Of a stretch of DNA of 49,639 bases, positions 26,522-35,962 are shown one piece after another (the first letter of the stretch is position 1; every line of letters starts with the position of its first letter). Made by a program: the position numbers and the translations under genes. The stretch is from a virus (taxonomy: Duplodnaviria; Caudoviricetes): the IMG/VR virus record IMGVR_UViG_3300038520_001382, positions 1 through 49,639 of that record. One strand, given 5' to 3'. Under the pieces are notes generated by a model. The model ran no database searches. It saw nothing but the letters and a program-made list of their open reading frames with translations, and had not been told where the DNA came from.

Positions 26522-28182
26522 AGGGAGTAGAGTCTAGGCGGTGTACACGTTGTAAGAAATTACAACCTGAGACTTTGTTTGCTGAGTCAAGTGGGTTATG
26601 CGTTTATTGTAAAGCGGAAGATGCAGATGCCCTCCCAAAACCAAATACACAAAAGATTGACTCGGCAGAGATGGAGCCAGAGACAGATTCAGTATTATCT
26701 GTTGAGGAAAAAGCAAAAGCAGAACTTGCTCTCCGATTCCTTACGAGAAAAAGACTATTACCATTCGTTGAAAGATTCAACCCAGACTATCAAGCAGGGT
26801 GGGTTCATAAAGATATCTGTCGGAGATTGGAAAAATTCTCTAAAGACGTGGCTGAGAAAAAAAGCCCAAGACTTATGCTCTTTATGCCGCCACGTCATGG
26901 AAAAAGTACGCTCGCTTCTATTGCGTTTCCAGCTTGGCATTTGGGTAGGAACCCGCAACATGAGTTCATTAGTTGTAGTTATTCGGGTGCGCTCGCTATG
27001 GGTTTCAGTAGAAAAGTTCGTCAGCTCCTTCGTGAACCGACATATAAAACCGCGTTTAAAACTAGACTCGACCCAGATAGCCAAAGTGCTGAAAGTTGGC
27101 TTACTTCTAATGGCGGTGGGTTCGTTAGTGCTGGTGTCGGGGGCGGTATCACAGGTAAAGGCGCACATATATTAGTAATTGATGATCCAGTAAAGAATAG
27201 AGAAGATGCGGAGTCGCAAAATGCAAGAGATTCAACGTGGGACTGGTATACGTCAACGGCTTATACGAGGCTTAGTCCAGGCGGTGGTATACTTATCATT
27301 CTTACTAGGTGGCACGATGATGATCTTGCTGGACGATTACTTAAGGCAGCATCCGATGGCGGAGAAGACTGGGAGGTCGTTAATTACCCCGCTATTGCCG
27401 AGGTTGATGAACGGTTCAGGAAGGCGGGAGAGCCACTTCACCGAGAAAGATACGATGAACAAGCCCTCAGAAGAATAGAAAAAGCCGTTGGCCCTAGAGA
27501 CTGGTCAGCGTTGTATCAGCAAAATCCAGTAGCTGATGACGGAGATTATTTTACAAGAGGTATGATTCAGTATTATGATCGTGATGAGATAGATTTTGAT
27601 TCGATGCGTTTTTACTGCGCTTGGGATTTAGCAATAGGAAAACGCGATAGAAATGACTACACTGTAGGTATGGTTATCGGTGTCGATGAGCTTGATAACT
27701 TATTTGTGGTTGATGTGGTCAGAGGTAAGTTCGATGGTTTTGAGATCGTTGAACGTATATTAGATTTGTATGAAGAGTGGCGACCTTCTATTATTGGTAT
27801 AGAAAAAGGTCATATAGAAATGGCACTTGGCCCGTTCCTTGAAAAACGTATAAGGGAGAGGGGTTGCTATGAAGCATATATTAAAGATTTAAAGACAGGA
27901 AGAAGAGACAAAGAAGCTAGAGCGAGAGCTATTCAGGGACGGATGCAACAGGGTATGGTTTGGTTACCCAAAGATAGTAGTTTTACTGGCCCTTTGGTAG
28001 CGGAGTTATTGCGTTTCCCAAATGGCATACATGACGACCAAGTGGATGCATTAGCGTGGATAGGTTTGATGATGACAGAGTTTTCTACATTTCAACCAGT
28101 TGTTGAGCATGTACCATCTTGGCGTGACAGGTTACCATTTATTGGTAGGGAAACAAAAAATAGGTCGGCTATGAGCGCATAA
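26518..28182 (+). CDS. terL: Terminase large subunit
   Basis: PPRHGKS Walker A, ILVIDD Walker B, TRWH..D, WDLA and HDDQVDA nuclease motifs. Confidence 0.96.
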   Translation: MKGVESRRCTRCKKLQPETLFAESSGLCVYCKAEDADALPKPNTQKIDSAEMEPETDSVLSVEEKAKAELALRFLTRKRLLPFVERFNPDYQAGWVHKDICRRLEKFSKDVAEKKSPRLMLFMPPRHGKSTLASIAFPAWHLGRNPQHEFISCSYSGALAMGFSRKVRQLLREPTYKTAFKTRLDPDSQSAESWLTSNGGGFVSAGVGGGITGKGAHILVIDDPVKNREDAESQNARDSTWDWYTSTAYTRLSPGGGILIILTRWHDDDLAGRLLKAASDGGEDWEVVNYPAIAEVDERFRKAGEPLHRERYDEQALRRIEKAVGPRDWSALYQQNPVADDGDYFTRGMIQYYDRDEIDFDSMRFYCAWDLAIGKRDRNDYTVGMVIGVDELDNLFVVDVVRGKFDGFEIVERILDLYEEWRPSIIGIEKGHIEMALGPFLEKRIRERGCYEAYIKDLKTGRRDKEARARAIQGRMQQGMVWLPKDSSFTGPLVAELLRFPNGIHDDQVDALAWIGLMMTEFSTFQPVVEHVPSWRDRLPFIGRETKNRSAMSA

Positions 28183-28184
28183 TT

Positions 28185-30356
28185 ATGAAGCATACAACTA
28201 AGAAGACAAAACTTTCACCTGAACAAGAAGAATATATCGCAAGCACTCAATGGGATAGATACACAAGAGCTAGAGATAACGGTCATGTAGAATACATTCA
28301 CATGGCTAAGAAATGTGATGAGTTTTATAGAGGAGAGCAATGGGACGATGACGATGTAACAATGCTCGAAGCTGAAGGACGACCTGCTCTAACTATCAAT
28401 ACTATTCTCCCTACAATAAATACAATTCTCGGTGAACAGTCCACAAGAAGGGCAGATGTAAAATTTAAACCCCGAAGGGGCACTGAACAAAATGTGGCTG
28501 ATGTACTTACTAAAGTATATATGCAGATTTCTGATAACAATAAATTAGATTGGGTAGAACAGCAGGTATTTTCTGACGGGTTGATCATGGATGGTCGCGG
28601 ATACTTTGATGTCCGCATGGATTTTTCCGATCATGTAGAAGGCGAAATACGTATAACTGCTAAAGACCCGCTAGATATCCTAATTGATCCTGACGCAAAA
28701 GATTATAACCCAAAAACTTGGAACGAAGTTTTTGAATCTAAATGGATGACACTTGACGAAATAGCTGAAACTTACGGTGAGAAAAAAGCTGAACAGCTTA
28801 GGTTTATTGCAGAAAACGGTAACTCTTATGGAAGAGATTCAGTTGAATATGAAGAACAAAGATATGGAGACTTAGATCCTGAAGACGATGTTTTTGGTGC
28901 GTATGGTTCAACTTCTGATGAAGACTATAGAAATATTCGGGCTTTACGAGTTATTGAACGTCAGCACAAACGAATGGCTAGGGTATTATGCTTTGTCGAT
29001 CCCGACACTGGCGATAGTCGCGAATCTCCTGATGCTTGGTCAGAGGCAAAAGCTAAAAAGTTTGCGAAACAATATGGATTAAATATTGTCTCTAAAATGA
29101 AAAGAAAAGTCAGGTGGACTGTTACCTGCGATAAGGTCGTGTTGCATGATGACTTTTCCCCATACAATGAATTTACAATCGTTCCTTTCTTTGCATATTT
29201 TAGAAGGGGTAACCCGTTCGGTGTTATAAGAAACTTGATCTCACCTCAAGAACAACTCAACAAGATTGCAAGCCAAGAACTACATATAGTTAACACAACT
29301 GCAAACAGCGGTTGGATGGTAGAGTCTGGATCGTTAGTCGGTATGACACCTGATGATTTAGAAGAACATGGGGCTGAAACAGGATTAGTCCTAGAGTATC
29401 AAAGAGGAACTAACCCTCCTCAAAAAATACAACCTAATTCTATACCTACTGGGCTTGACAGGATTTCTCAAAAAGCGGCTTTTAACATAAAAGCTATTTC
29501 TGGCATTAATGATTCTATGTTAGGTTCAGATAGTGCGGAAGTATCGGGCGTTGCTATACAAGCTAAACAAAACCGTGGCGCAATAATGATCCAAGTGCCT
29601 TTAGATAATTTACAAAAAGCTCGACAGTATTTAGCAGAAAAAGTTCTGAATCTTATACAAACTTTTTATACAGAAAAAAGAATCTTGCAAGTTACAGATG
29701 AGTCAGATCCATTAAAACCGAGAGAAGAAATCGTACTTAATGAAATGACCCCCGAAGGAAAAATTATTAATGATTTAACTGTCGGTGAGTATGACGTAGT
29801 TATATCTACAGCGCCAGCAAGAGACTCGTTCGATGAAGTTCAATTTGCAGAAGCGTTAAACTTAAGACAGGTAGGTGTAGCTATTCCAGATGATGCAATT
29901 ATCGAATATAGTCATCTAACTAAGAAAGGTGAACTTGCTAAACGCATAAGAATGTTGACAGGCGTTGAGCAAACTCCAGAACAAGCCGAGATGAACATAA
30001 TGAAGGCACAGATTACCATGCAAGCAGATCAACTTGCTCTTGCTAAGTTAGAAGCAGAAATTAGAAAACTGCAATCTGAAGCCGCTGTCAATATAGCTAA
30101 GGTTCAAGATACATCAGATGTTGAGCCGCAACTACGTCAACAAGAGTTACAAGCGAAGTTGCAAATGAAGATGCAGGAACTAGAGCTGCGTAGAGAGCTT
30201 TCTGCTTTAACTAATCAGACTAGAACTACGCAATCTGAAACAAATGCGGCAACCCGTATAGCAGCAACCGCTATGCAAACAGCTGCAAAACAAGAGAAAA
30301 TGCAACCAACCCGACCACAACAAGTAGATATACCTGGTATGCGGTCACCTACATAA
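28185..30356 (+). CDS. Portal protein (P22-like, with C-terminal barrel)
   Basis: FY.GEQW, RPALTIN.I, Q..LNK, SGVAI, GEYDV motifs; long C-terminal coiled coil. Confidence 0.92.
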   Translation: MKHTTKKTKLSPEQEEYIASTQWDRYTRARDNGHVEYIHMAKKCDEFYRGEQWDDDDVTMLEAEGRPALTINTILPTINTILGEQSTRRADVKFKPRRGTEQNVADVLTKVYMQISDNNKLDWVEQQVFSDGLIMDGRGYFDVRMDFSDHVEGEIRITAKDPLDILIDPDAKDYNPKTWNEVFESKWMTLDEIAETYGEKKAEQLRFIAENGNSYGRDSVEYEEQRYGDLDPEDDVFGAYGSTSDEDYRNIRALRVIERQHKRMARVLCFVDPDTGDSRESPDAWSEAKAKKFAKQYGLNIVSKMKRKVRWTVTCDKVVLHDDFSPYNEFTIVPFFAYFRRGNPFGVIRNLISPQEQLNKIASQELHIVNTTANSGWMVESGSLVGMTPDDLEEHGAETGLVLEYQRGTNPPQKIQPNSIPTGLDRISQKAAFNIKAISGINDSMLGSDSAEVSGVAIQAKQNRGAIMIQVPLDNLQKARQYLAEKVLNLIQTFYTEKRILQVTDESDPLKPREEIVLNEMTPEGKIINDLTVGEYDVVISTAPARDSFDEVQFAEALNLRQVGVAIPDDAIIEYSHLTKKGELAKRIRMLTGVEQTPEQAEMNIMKAQITMQADQLALAKLEAEIRKLQSEAAVNIAKVQDTSDVEPQLRQQELQAKLQMKMQELELRRELSALTNQTRTTQSETNAATRIAATAMQTAAKQEKMQPTRPQQVDIPGMRSPT

Positions 30357-30370
30357 CATAGGAGTTGAAG

Positions 30371-31429
30371 ATGAGTGACAATAAAAAAGAAAATGAGCAA
30401 GAAGGTATGCAGTTTGATGTAATGCCTGGCGCTGACAAAGACACTGAAGAGTATGAAGCTCTTGATTTAAGCTTTGATACAGTAGAAGAACCAGAAAAAC
30501 CCGCAGAAGAACCTGTTGCCGAAGAAGAAACAGAGGAAACAGTAGCAGAAGATACAGAATCTGTTGAAGAAGAGCCTGAAGAAGCTGAAGAAGCGGTAGA
30601 AGAACCCACCGAAGAGGTTTCAGAAGATACATCTGAAGAAGAAGACGCAAAAGCGTCTGAAAAACCATCTTTGTCTGAAGAACCAGAGCAAAAACCAGCT
30701 CCTGAAGAACCAAAAAAGCCAATGGTTCCAAAAGCTAGGCTTGATGAAGTGTTACAGAAACAAAAAGCCTTGCAAAAACAACTTGATGACTTGAAAGCTG
30801 CCCAAAAACCAGCTGAAGATGCTCCCGAAGAGTACGATTTTTCTGCAAAAGAGATGGAATACCAAAACGCAGTGTTAGATGGGGAAGCTGACAAGGCTGC
30901 AAGTATAAGAGCCGAGATAAGAAGGGCAGAAAGAGCGCAGATTGAGTATGAAATGGGTCAAAAAATGACGGATGCGGTATCGCAAAACCAACAAGCTACT
31001 GCATTGCAACAAGCCGCGTCTACTTTAGAAGCAGAATTTCCCATGTTTGACCAAAAAAGTGAACAATATAATGAAAAAATGACCCAAGAAGTTATAGACT
31101 TACGGGATGCTTTTATAATTAAAGGTGAAAACGCTGTTGCAGCACTGTCAAAAGCAGCAAAATACGTTATAAATGAATATGGATTGATTGATACTACTCC
31201 TACTTTAGCGGCAGATACAGCTCCGAAGAAAAGTGTAGATGAAATTTCTAAAAAACGAGCCGAAGTTTCTAAGAAATTAAAAGTTGCAGACAGTCAACCA
31301 CCAGAAATGAGCGGAGAGGGATCATCTATTAGAGGAGAAAAGGGTTTAGACGTGTCTAGTCTTACAGAAGAAGAGTTTGATGCGTTACCAGAAGCGACAT
31401 TAAAAAGATTAAGAGGTGACATTGTATAA
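30371..31429 (+). CDS. Scaffolding protein
   Basis: Very acidic N-terminus, MVPKARLDEV coiled coil, located between portal and capsid. Confidence 0.75.
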   Translation: MSDNKKENEQEGMQFDVMPGADKDTEEYEALDLSFDTVEEPEKPAEEPVAEEETEETVAEDTESVEEEPEEAEEAVEEPTEEVSEDTSEEEDAKASEKPSLSEEPEQKPAPEEPKKPMVPKARLDEVLQKQKALQKQLDDLKAAQKPAEDAPEEYDFSAKEMEYQNAVLDGEADKAASIRAEIRRAERAQIEYEMGQKMTDAVSQNQQATALQQAASTLEAEFPMFDQKSEQYNEKMTQEVIDLRDAFIIKGENAVAALSKAAKYVINEYGLIDTTPTLAADTAPKKSVDEISKKRAEVSKKLKVADSQPPEMSGEGSSIRGEKGLDVSSLTEEEFDALPEATLKRLRGDIV

Positions 31430-31440
31430 AGAGGTAACTT

Positions 31441-31731
31441 ATGCCAGCAAAAAAAGATCCCAGATTAGCAAGGGCAGGGGTAAGTGGTTATAACAAACCA
31501 AAGCGTACCCCCAATCACCCTAAAAAAAGTCACATTGTTGTTGCAAAGGAAGGTGACAAAATCAAGACGATCCGTTTTGGAGAGCAGGGCGCATCAACAG
31601 CGGGCAAACCAAAGGCAGGTGAATCTGATCGTATGAAAAAGAAACGTGCTAGTTTTAAAGCTAGGCATAGACGGAATATTGCTAAAGGCAAGATGTCTGC
31701 GGCATATTGGGCTAACAGAGTGAAATGGTGA
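31441..31731 (+). CDS. Small basic protein
   Basis: KSHIVVAK...IRFGEQG...RASFKARH...SAAYWAN..W. Confidence 0.8.
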   Translation: MPAKKDPRLARAGVSGYNKPKRTPNHPKKSHIVVAKEGDKIKTIRFGEQGASTAGKPKAGESDRMKKKRASFKARHRRNIAKGKMSAAYWANRVKW

Positions 31732-31736
31732 CAGTT

Positions 31737-31907
31737 ATGGCAGTTAAGAAGAAAGCAAAGAAGAAAAAAGGTGCAACACCAACTAATCCAGCTTTATATG
31801 CAAGAGTTAAAGCAGAAGCGAAGCGTAAGTTCAAGGTATACCCCTCAGCTTACGCCAATGGGTGGCTAGTCAGGACTTACAAAAAACGAGGTGGGGGCTA
31901 CCGATAA
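31737..31907 (+). CDS. Small basic protein
   Basis: PTNPALYARVK..AK.KF.VYPSAYA...YKKRGG.Y. Confidence 0.75.
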   Translation: MAVKKKAKKKKGATPTNPALYARVKAEAKRKFKVYPSAYANGWLVRTYKKRGGGYR

Positions 31908-32200
31908 TGGCTAAACCAAAAGGTGGATTAACTGCTTGGTTTGGAAAAGGCAAAAAAGGTGATTGGGTAGATATTTCTGCACCTAAAAAGAAAGGTAAAT
32001 TCCAGCCTTGCGGTAGAAAGTCTGCTAAAGGCGGTAGCAAAAGAGGCTACCCAAAGTGTGTTCCGAGAGCTACAGCCAAAAAAATGACTGCCGCTCAAAG
32101 AAGAAGTGCTGTTTCTAGGAAGAGAGCAGCTGGAAACCCAGGAGGTAAACCAACTAATGTTAGAACTTTTGTTAGAAAAAGGAAGAGGAAGAAGAAATGA
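31907..32200 (+). CDS. Small basic protein
   Basis: TAATG coupling; GLTAWF..WVDI..CGRK..YPKCVP. Confidence 0.75.
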   Translation: MAKPKGGLTAWFGKGKKGDWVDISAPKKKGKFQPCGRKSAKGGSKRGYPKCVPRATAKKMTAAQRRSAVSRKRAAGNPGGKPTNVRTFVRKRKRKKK

Positions 32201-32502
32201 GTGAGAAAGGAATAGTTATACCAACGTGGGCTTTACCGTTAGTAGTATCTTTGTTTGTAGGTGCTGTATCTTATGGAGCTGCTCAGGCTAATGCTCAAGC
32301 GACTCAAGAAGATGTTGAGCGTGTTGAGAAAGTTGTAGAGAAAGTTGTTCAAGATACAAATAACAATACTCAAAAAACTGCTTTGAATGAGCAAGCAATT
32401 CAACAAATAGCAGATGGTTTGTCGCGTCAGGTAGAGATATCACAAGCTACAGACGAAAAACTAGGAACTCTCATTGAGTTGATGCTTAAAGAAAGGCGAT
32501 GA
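32197..32502 (+). CDS. N-terminal TM plus coiled-coil protein
   Basis: Hydrophobic residues ~8-27, then heptad pattern. Confidence 0.7.
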   Translation: MSEKGIVIPTWALPLVVSLFVGAVSYGAAQANAQATQEDVERVEKVVEKVVQDTNNNTQKTALNEQAIQQIADGLSRQVEISQATDEKLGTLIELMLKERR

Positions 32503-32735
32503 AACTTGTCATAGCTCTAGTAATCATTGCAAATGGAGTTGAAGATGATACAAAGAAGACTTTCTTTAAGAATCCTCAGCACTGCGAATGGATAGCGCAG
32601 GAGATAACACGAGAGCGTAAATACTTCAGAGGGGTAGAAGATGCTTATTGCAGGGTAGAATGGGTAGATAAAGATACACCTGTTACTAATGTAAATGTAA
32701 TACCGTTTGTTATAGATGAAGAAAATCAAGAATAA
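32499..32735 (+). CDS. Small protein with hydrophobic N-terminus and two Cys
   Basis: ATGA overlap with the upstream gene. Confidence 0.65.
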   Translation: MKLVIALVIIANGVEDDTKKTFFKNPQHCEWIAQEITRERKYFRGVEDAYCRVEWVDKDTPVTNVNVIPFVIDEENQE

Positions 32736-32737
32736 TG

Positions 32738-32766
32738 TTGCATCCAAAAAACACTTAATATAGTAT
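32738..32766 (+). promoter_or_regulatory. Sigma70-like promoter for the capsid leader
   Basis: TTGCAT-17 bp-TAGTAT. Confidence 0.5.
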
Positions 32767-32776
32767 TTATTTTAGA

Positions 32777-32960
32777 TTCGTTTATCAGTACGATAACTGG
32801 TCGGCCCGTAGCCGTAAAAAACGTATAATTTCTCGCCTACAAAGGCGTAAAACCTGTCGAGGTCGCACCTCGTAAATCCGCGCTAGTTCGTTGTCCCACG
32901 ATACGGGAATACGGATTAGCCACTCCTTTAAGTTGGCTAATTAGGGTAGCTTTATGCTAC
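32777..32960 (+). ncRNA. Structured RNA upstream of the major capsid gene
   Basis: Three-way junction 32779-32823; three UCG-stem-CGUAAA hairpins; two ACGAUA loops; further stems at 32916-32940 and 32946-32960. Confidence 0.7.
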
Positions 32961-32992
32961 ATATTTTTTAATGTTAACTATTGGAGGCTATC

Positions 32993-34153
32993 ATGGCTTT
33001 AACTAATTTTGGAACATTGACTGGCGACCAACTTCAAATGTGGTCACGCGACTTTTGGAAAGTTGCTAGGAATCAGTCTTTCATCAGCCAGTTCGCAGGA
33101 ACAGGCTCAAACGCAATGGTTCAGAGAATAACTGAACTTACTAAAAATCAAAAAGGCACAAAAGCAAACATCACTTTGCTTGCTGACATGACAGGTGACG
33201 GTATCACTGGAGATAACACTCTAGAGGGTAACGAAGAAGCACTTCGCGCCTACGATATCACCATCGAGCTTGACCAACTAAGATTTGCTAACAGAATAGC
33301 TGGCCGACTTACTGACCAGAAAACTGTTGTAAACTTCCGAGAGCAGTCAAGAGACGCTCTGGCTTATGCCATGGCTGACCGCATAGACCAGTTAGCGTTC
33401 TTGACTCTTTCTGGTGTTGCTTACACATTGAAGAATAACGGTGCTCTAAGAGCTACTTCTTCTTCTGCTGGACATGAGCTTGTAGACCTTGAGTTTGCTT
33501 CTGATGTATCTGCACCAACCAACAAGCGTCACTTGAGAGTAGACGTAGACGGAAGTGGAAATGTTACTTTACCTGTAGGTGATGTCACTGCAACTACTGC
33601 GGCTGACAAGCTTTCTTACAAGGCTATCGTAAACTTGAAAGCTTACGCTAAAGACAACTACATCAGAGGAATCCGAGGCGCTGGAAACCAAGAGATGTAC
33701 CACATGTTTGTTACGCCACAGCAGATGGCTGATCTAAAGCTAGACTCAGACTTCCTTGCTAACGTACGAAACGCAGGTATCAGAGGAAACCAGAACAGCT
33801 TGTTCGCGGGTTCATCAAGCCTAATGGTTGACGGCATCATGGTTCACGAGTTCAGACACGTATTCAATACTGCTGGCGCTACTTCTGGTAGTTCTAGTAA
33901 TGCTGGTGCGGCTGGATACAAGTGGGGTGCAGGTGCAAACGTAGATGGGGCGAGAGCTTTATTCTGTGGAGCACAGGCTCTTGCTATGGCTGACATCGGA
34001 TTGCCTGAGATGGTTGAAGATACTTTCGACTATGGCAACCAGTCTGGTATTTCTGTAGGAAAAATCTTTGGATTGAGAAAGCCAAAGTACAACTCAGACT
34101 ATAACGGATCTGTTCAAGACTTCGGTGTTATCTGTTTAGACAGCGCACAATAA
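32993..34153 (+). CDS. Major capsid protein (N4-gp56 / DUF4043 type)
   Basis: GGAGG RBS; DGITGDNTLEGNEEAL..I.LDQLR.A, RALFCGAQAL, DYGNQ.GI, DFGVI motifs. Confidence 0.93.
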   Translation: MALTNFGTLTGDQLQMWSRDFWKVARNQSFISQFAGTGSNAMVQRITELTKNQKGTKANITLLADMTGDGITGDNTLEGNEEALRAYDITIELDQLRFANRIAGRLTDQKTVVNFREQSRDALAYAMADRIDQLAFLTLSGVAYTLKNNGALRATSSSAGHELVDLEFASDVSAPTNKRHLRVDVDGSGNVTLPVGDVTATTAADKLSYKAIVNLKAYAKDNYIRGIRGAGNQEMYHMFVTPQQMADLKLDSDFLANVRNAGIRGNQNSLFAGSSSLMVDGIMVHEFRHVFNTAGATSGSSSNAGAAGYKWGAGANVDGARALFCGAQALAMADIGLPEMVEDTFDYGNQSGISVGKIFGLRKPKYNSDYNGSVQDFGVICLDSAQ

Positions 34154-34168
34154 GTCGCAACCCTGAAT

Positions 34169-34190
34169 CCCCCTCTTCGGAGGGGGTTTT
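34169..34190 (+). terminator. Rho-independent terminator (cUUCGg loop)
   Basis: CCCCCTC-TTCG-GAGGGGG-TTTT after the capsid stop. Confidence 0.85.
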
Positions 34191-34205
34191 CATAAGGAGT
34201 TCGAT

Positions 34206-34385
34206 ATGGCTATGAAGAAAAAACCAACGCCTAAAAAGTCTCTAACCAAGAGACAACAAGAAACCATGAAAAAGCATTCCAAGCATCATTCCAAGAAACA
34301 TATGGATATGATGAAAAAAGCAATGTTGAAAGGAAAAACATTTACTGAAGCTCATAAAATGGCACAAAAAAAGGTAGGTAAATAA
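34206..34385 (+). CDS. 59-aa Lys/His/Met-rich protein (not in ORF track)
   Basis: AAGGAG RBS; MAMKKKPTPKKSLTKRQQETMKKHSKHHSKKHM... Confidence 0.75.
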   Translation: MAMKKKPTPKKSLTKRQQETMKKHSKHHSKKHMDMMKKAMLKGKTFTEAHKMAQKKVGK

Positions 34386-34510
34386 TGCGTAAGAAAAAAA
34401 TGTCCCCTGCTAAAAAGAAATTAGCAGCTATGTACGGAAACAAAAACAAAATCACTCGTGGAGATATAATTACTGCGGCTAGAAGAAACAAGAAAAAGAG
34501 GAGAATGTAA
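34385..34510 (+). CDS. 41-aa basic micro-protein (not in ORF track)
   Basis: TAATG coupling; MRKKKMSPAKKKLAAMYGNKNKITRGDIITAARRNKKKRRM. Confidence 0.7.
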   Translation: MRKKKMSPAKKKLAAMYGNKNKITRGDIITAARRNKKKRRM

Positions 34511-34596
34511 TGGCTTACCATAAGATGAAAAAGAAACCTGCCATGAAAGGTAAGAAAAAGAAGAAAAAGAAGTCAACCAAAAAATACGGTTATTGA
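34510..34596 (+). CDS. 28-aa poly-Lys micro-protein (not in ORF track)
   Basis: GAGGAG RBS and TAATG coupling; MAYHKMKKKPAMKGKKKKKKKSTKKYGY. Confidence 0.65.
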   Translation: MAYHKMKKKPAMKGKKKKKKKSTKKYGY

Positions 34597-34597
34597 T

Positions 34598-34861
34598 ATG
34601 AGAAGATATGGAAAACCTGGAAGTGGAAGACGAAAGACGGCAAAGAAAAAACCCGTTAATAAACCAGTTACGGCTTCTAGAAATTCTGTAACTTTTAATA
34701 AAACTTCTTCTGAGAAAAGAGTTTCATTAAATGCTGGTAAGACAGCGGGGCCAAGACGGACAGTAAAGACATCAGTAACTGTGGCTAGGATGAAACCGAA
34801 GAAACGAAAAACTTTTTACGCGGCAGCACCGTTAAAAAAGAGAAAAAAGAAACAATCTTAA
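34598..34861 (+). CDS. Basic low-complexity protein
   Basis: 87 aa, K/R/S/T-rich, abuts the previous stop. Confidence 0.6.
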   Translation: MRRYGKPGSGRRKTAKKKPVNKPVTASRNSVTFNKTSSEKRVSLNAGKTAGPRRTVKTSVTVARMKPKKRKTFYAAAPLKKRKKKQS

Positions 34862-34877
34862 ATTAAAGGAGTTTGTG

Positions 34878-35246
34878 ATGAAGATTATTACTGATAAACC
34901 AGTAAGGGTAACTACGTTGCATGGAGCAATTGTTTTGTTTGAACCAGGTGAGCCAAAAGAAGTTGCGGATGAGATAGGTTTACTGGCTATACAAATGGGA
35001 GCCGCAGAAGTAGGTAAGGAACCTATTTTAAAAGCCGAAGAAACTGTAGTAGAAGAGGCTGAAGTGGAAGAATTTGAACAAGATTTAGAACTAATAGCAG
35101 CCATGAACACTTTAATTAGTGAAGCTGATCCTAAATCTTTTAAAAACGATGGTACGCCAAAAGCAGCTGTTATTAATAAAATGCTGGGGCGCACTGTTAG
35201 AGCCGATGAACGAGAGGCTGCTTGGGAAGTAGCAATAAACACATAG
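34878..35246 (+). CDS. Putative head-associated protein
   Basis: AAGGAG RBS; position downstream of the capsid gene. Confidence 0.7.
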   Translation: MKIITDKPVRVTTLHGAIVLFEPGEPKEVADEIGLLAIQMGAAEVGKEPILKAEETVVEEAEVEEFEQDLELIAAMNTLISEADPKSFKNDGTPKAAVINKMLGRTVRADEREAAWEVAINT

Positions 35247-35255
35247 GTAGTTATT

Positions 35256-35957
35256 ATGGCAGTAACAGTTCAGTCAGTTATAGATAGAGTACAAGCAGTG
35301 CTCCAAGATACTACAGGGATTAGATGGCCTGTAACAAATGAACTTGTTCTTTGGGTAAACGATGCCCAAAGAGAGATTGCTTTACTAAAACCTGATGCGA
35401 CAGCTACAAACGAAACAGTTACTTTAGCGACAGGTACAAAACAAACTATACCCGCTACTGGTAATAGACTTTTAAAAGTTGTAAGGAATATGTCAGCGGC
35501 TAGTGGAGGCACAGGTAAAAGATCAATACGTATCGTTTCAAACGAAATGTTAGATTCACAAACTCCCGATTGGCATGATCCCGCAGTAACTGGTGATGCA
35601 AAACATACAAATATTATTAAACATTATGTGTACGAGGAGCAAAACCCTAGGAATTATTATGTATACCCTGGCGTTTCTGGTAACGCTTATGTAGAGATTG
35701 TGTATTCTGCAAACCCAGCAACTGTTTCATTAAGTGGAAACTTATCAGTGCCTGATGTATTTGCTAATGCAGTAATGAATTATGTTTTATACATGGCTTA
35801 CATGAAAGAGGCTGAGTTTGCTAGTAACTCACAAAGAGCTTCTAACCATTATCAGCTTTTTGTAGTTTCTGTAACAGGAAAAGCTCAAATTGATACAGCA
35901 ACAACACCTAACACACAGATTACACCTACGCCAGTAATGGCACAACAAATGGGATAA
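35256..35957 (+). CDS. Head-tail adaptor (DUF6682-like)
   Basis: LQD...RW..EL..WVNDAQREI..KPDA motif. Confidence 0.75.
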   Translation: MAVTVQSVIDRVQAVLQDTTGIRWPVTNELVLWVNDAQREIALLKPDATATNETVTLATGTKQTIPATGNRLLKVVRNMSAASGGTGKRSIRIVSNEMLDSQTPDWHDPAVTGDAKHTNIIKHYVYEEQNPRNYYVYPGVSGNAYVEIVYSANPATVSLSGNLSVPDVFANAVMNYVLYMAYMKEAEFASNSQRASNHYQLFVVSVTGKAQIDTATTPNTQITPTPVMAQQMG

Positions 35958-35962
35958 CTTAA

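Noticed and set aside
26534-27478. Overlapping alternative-frame ORFs within terL
   Set aside because: No RBS or recognisable motifs; fully nested in a conserved gene.
30215-30894. Ser-rich and Leu-rich minus-strand ORFs
   Set aside because: Antisense of the Glu-rich scaffold and portal genes.
32773-32960. tRNA or known riboswitch
   Set aside because: No TΨC/D-arm consensus or acceptor stem, and no match by eye to SAM, TPP, preQ1 or c-di-GMP cores.
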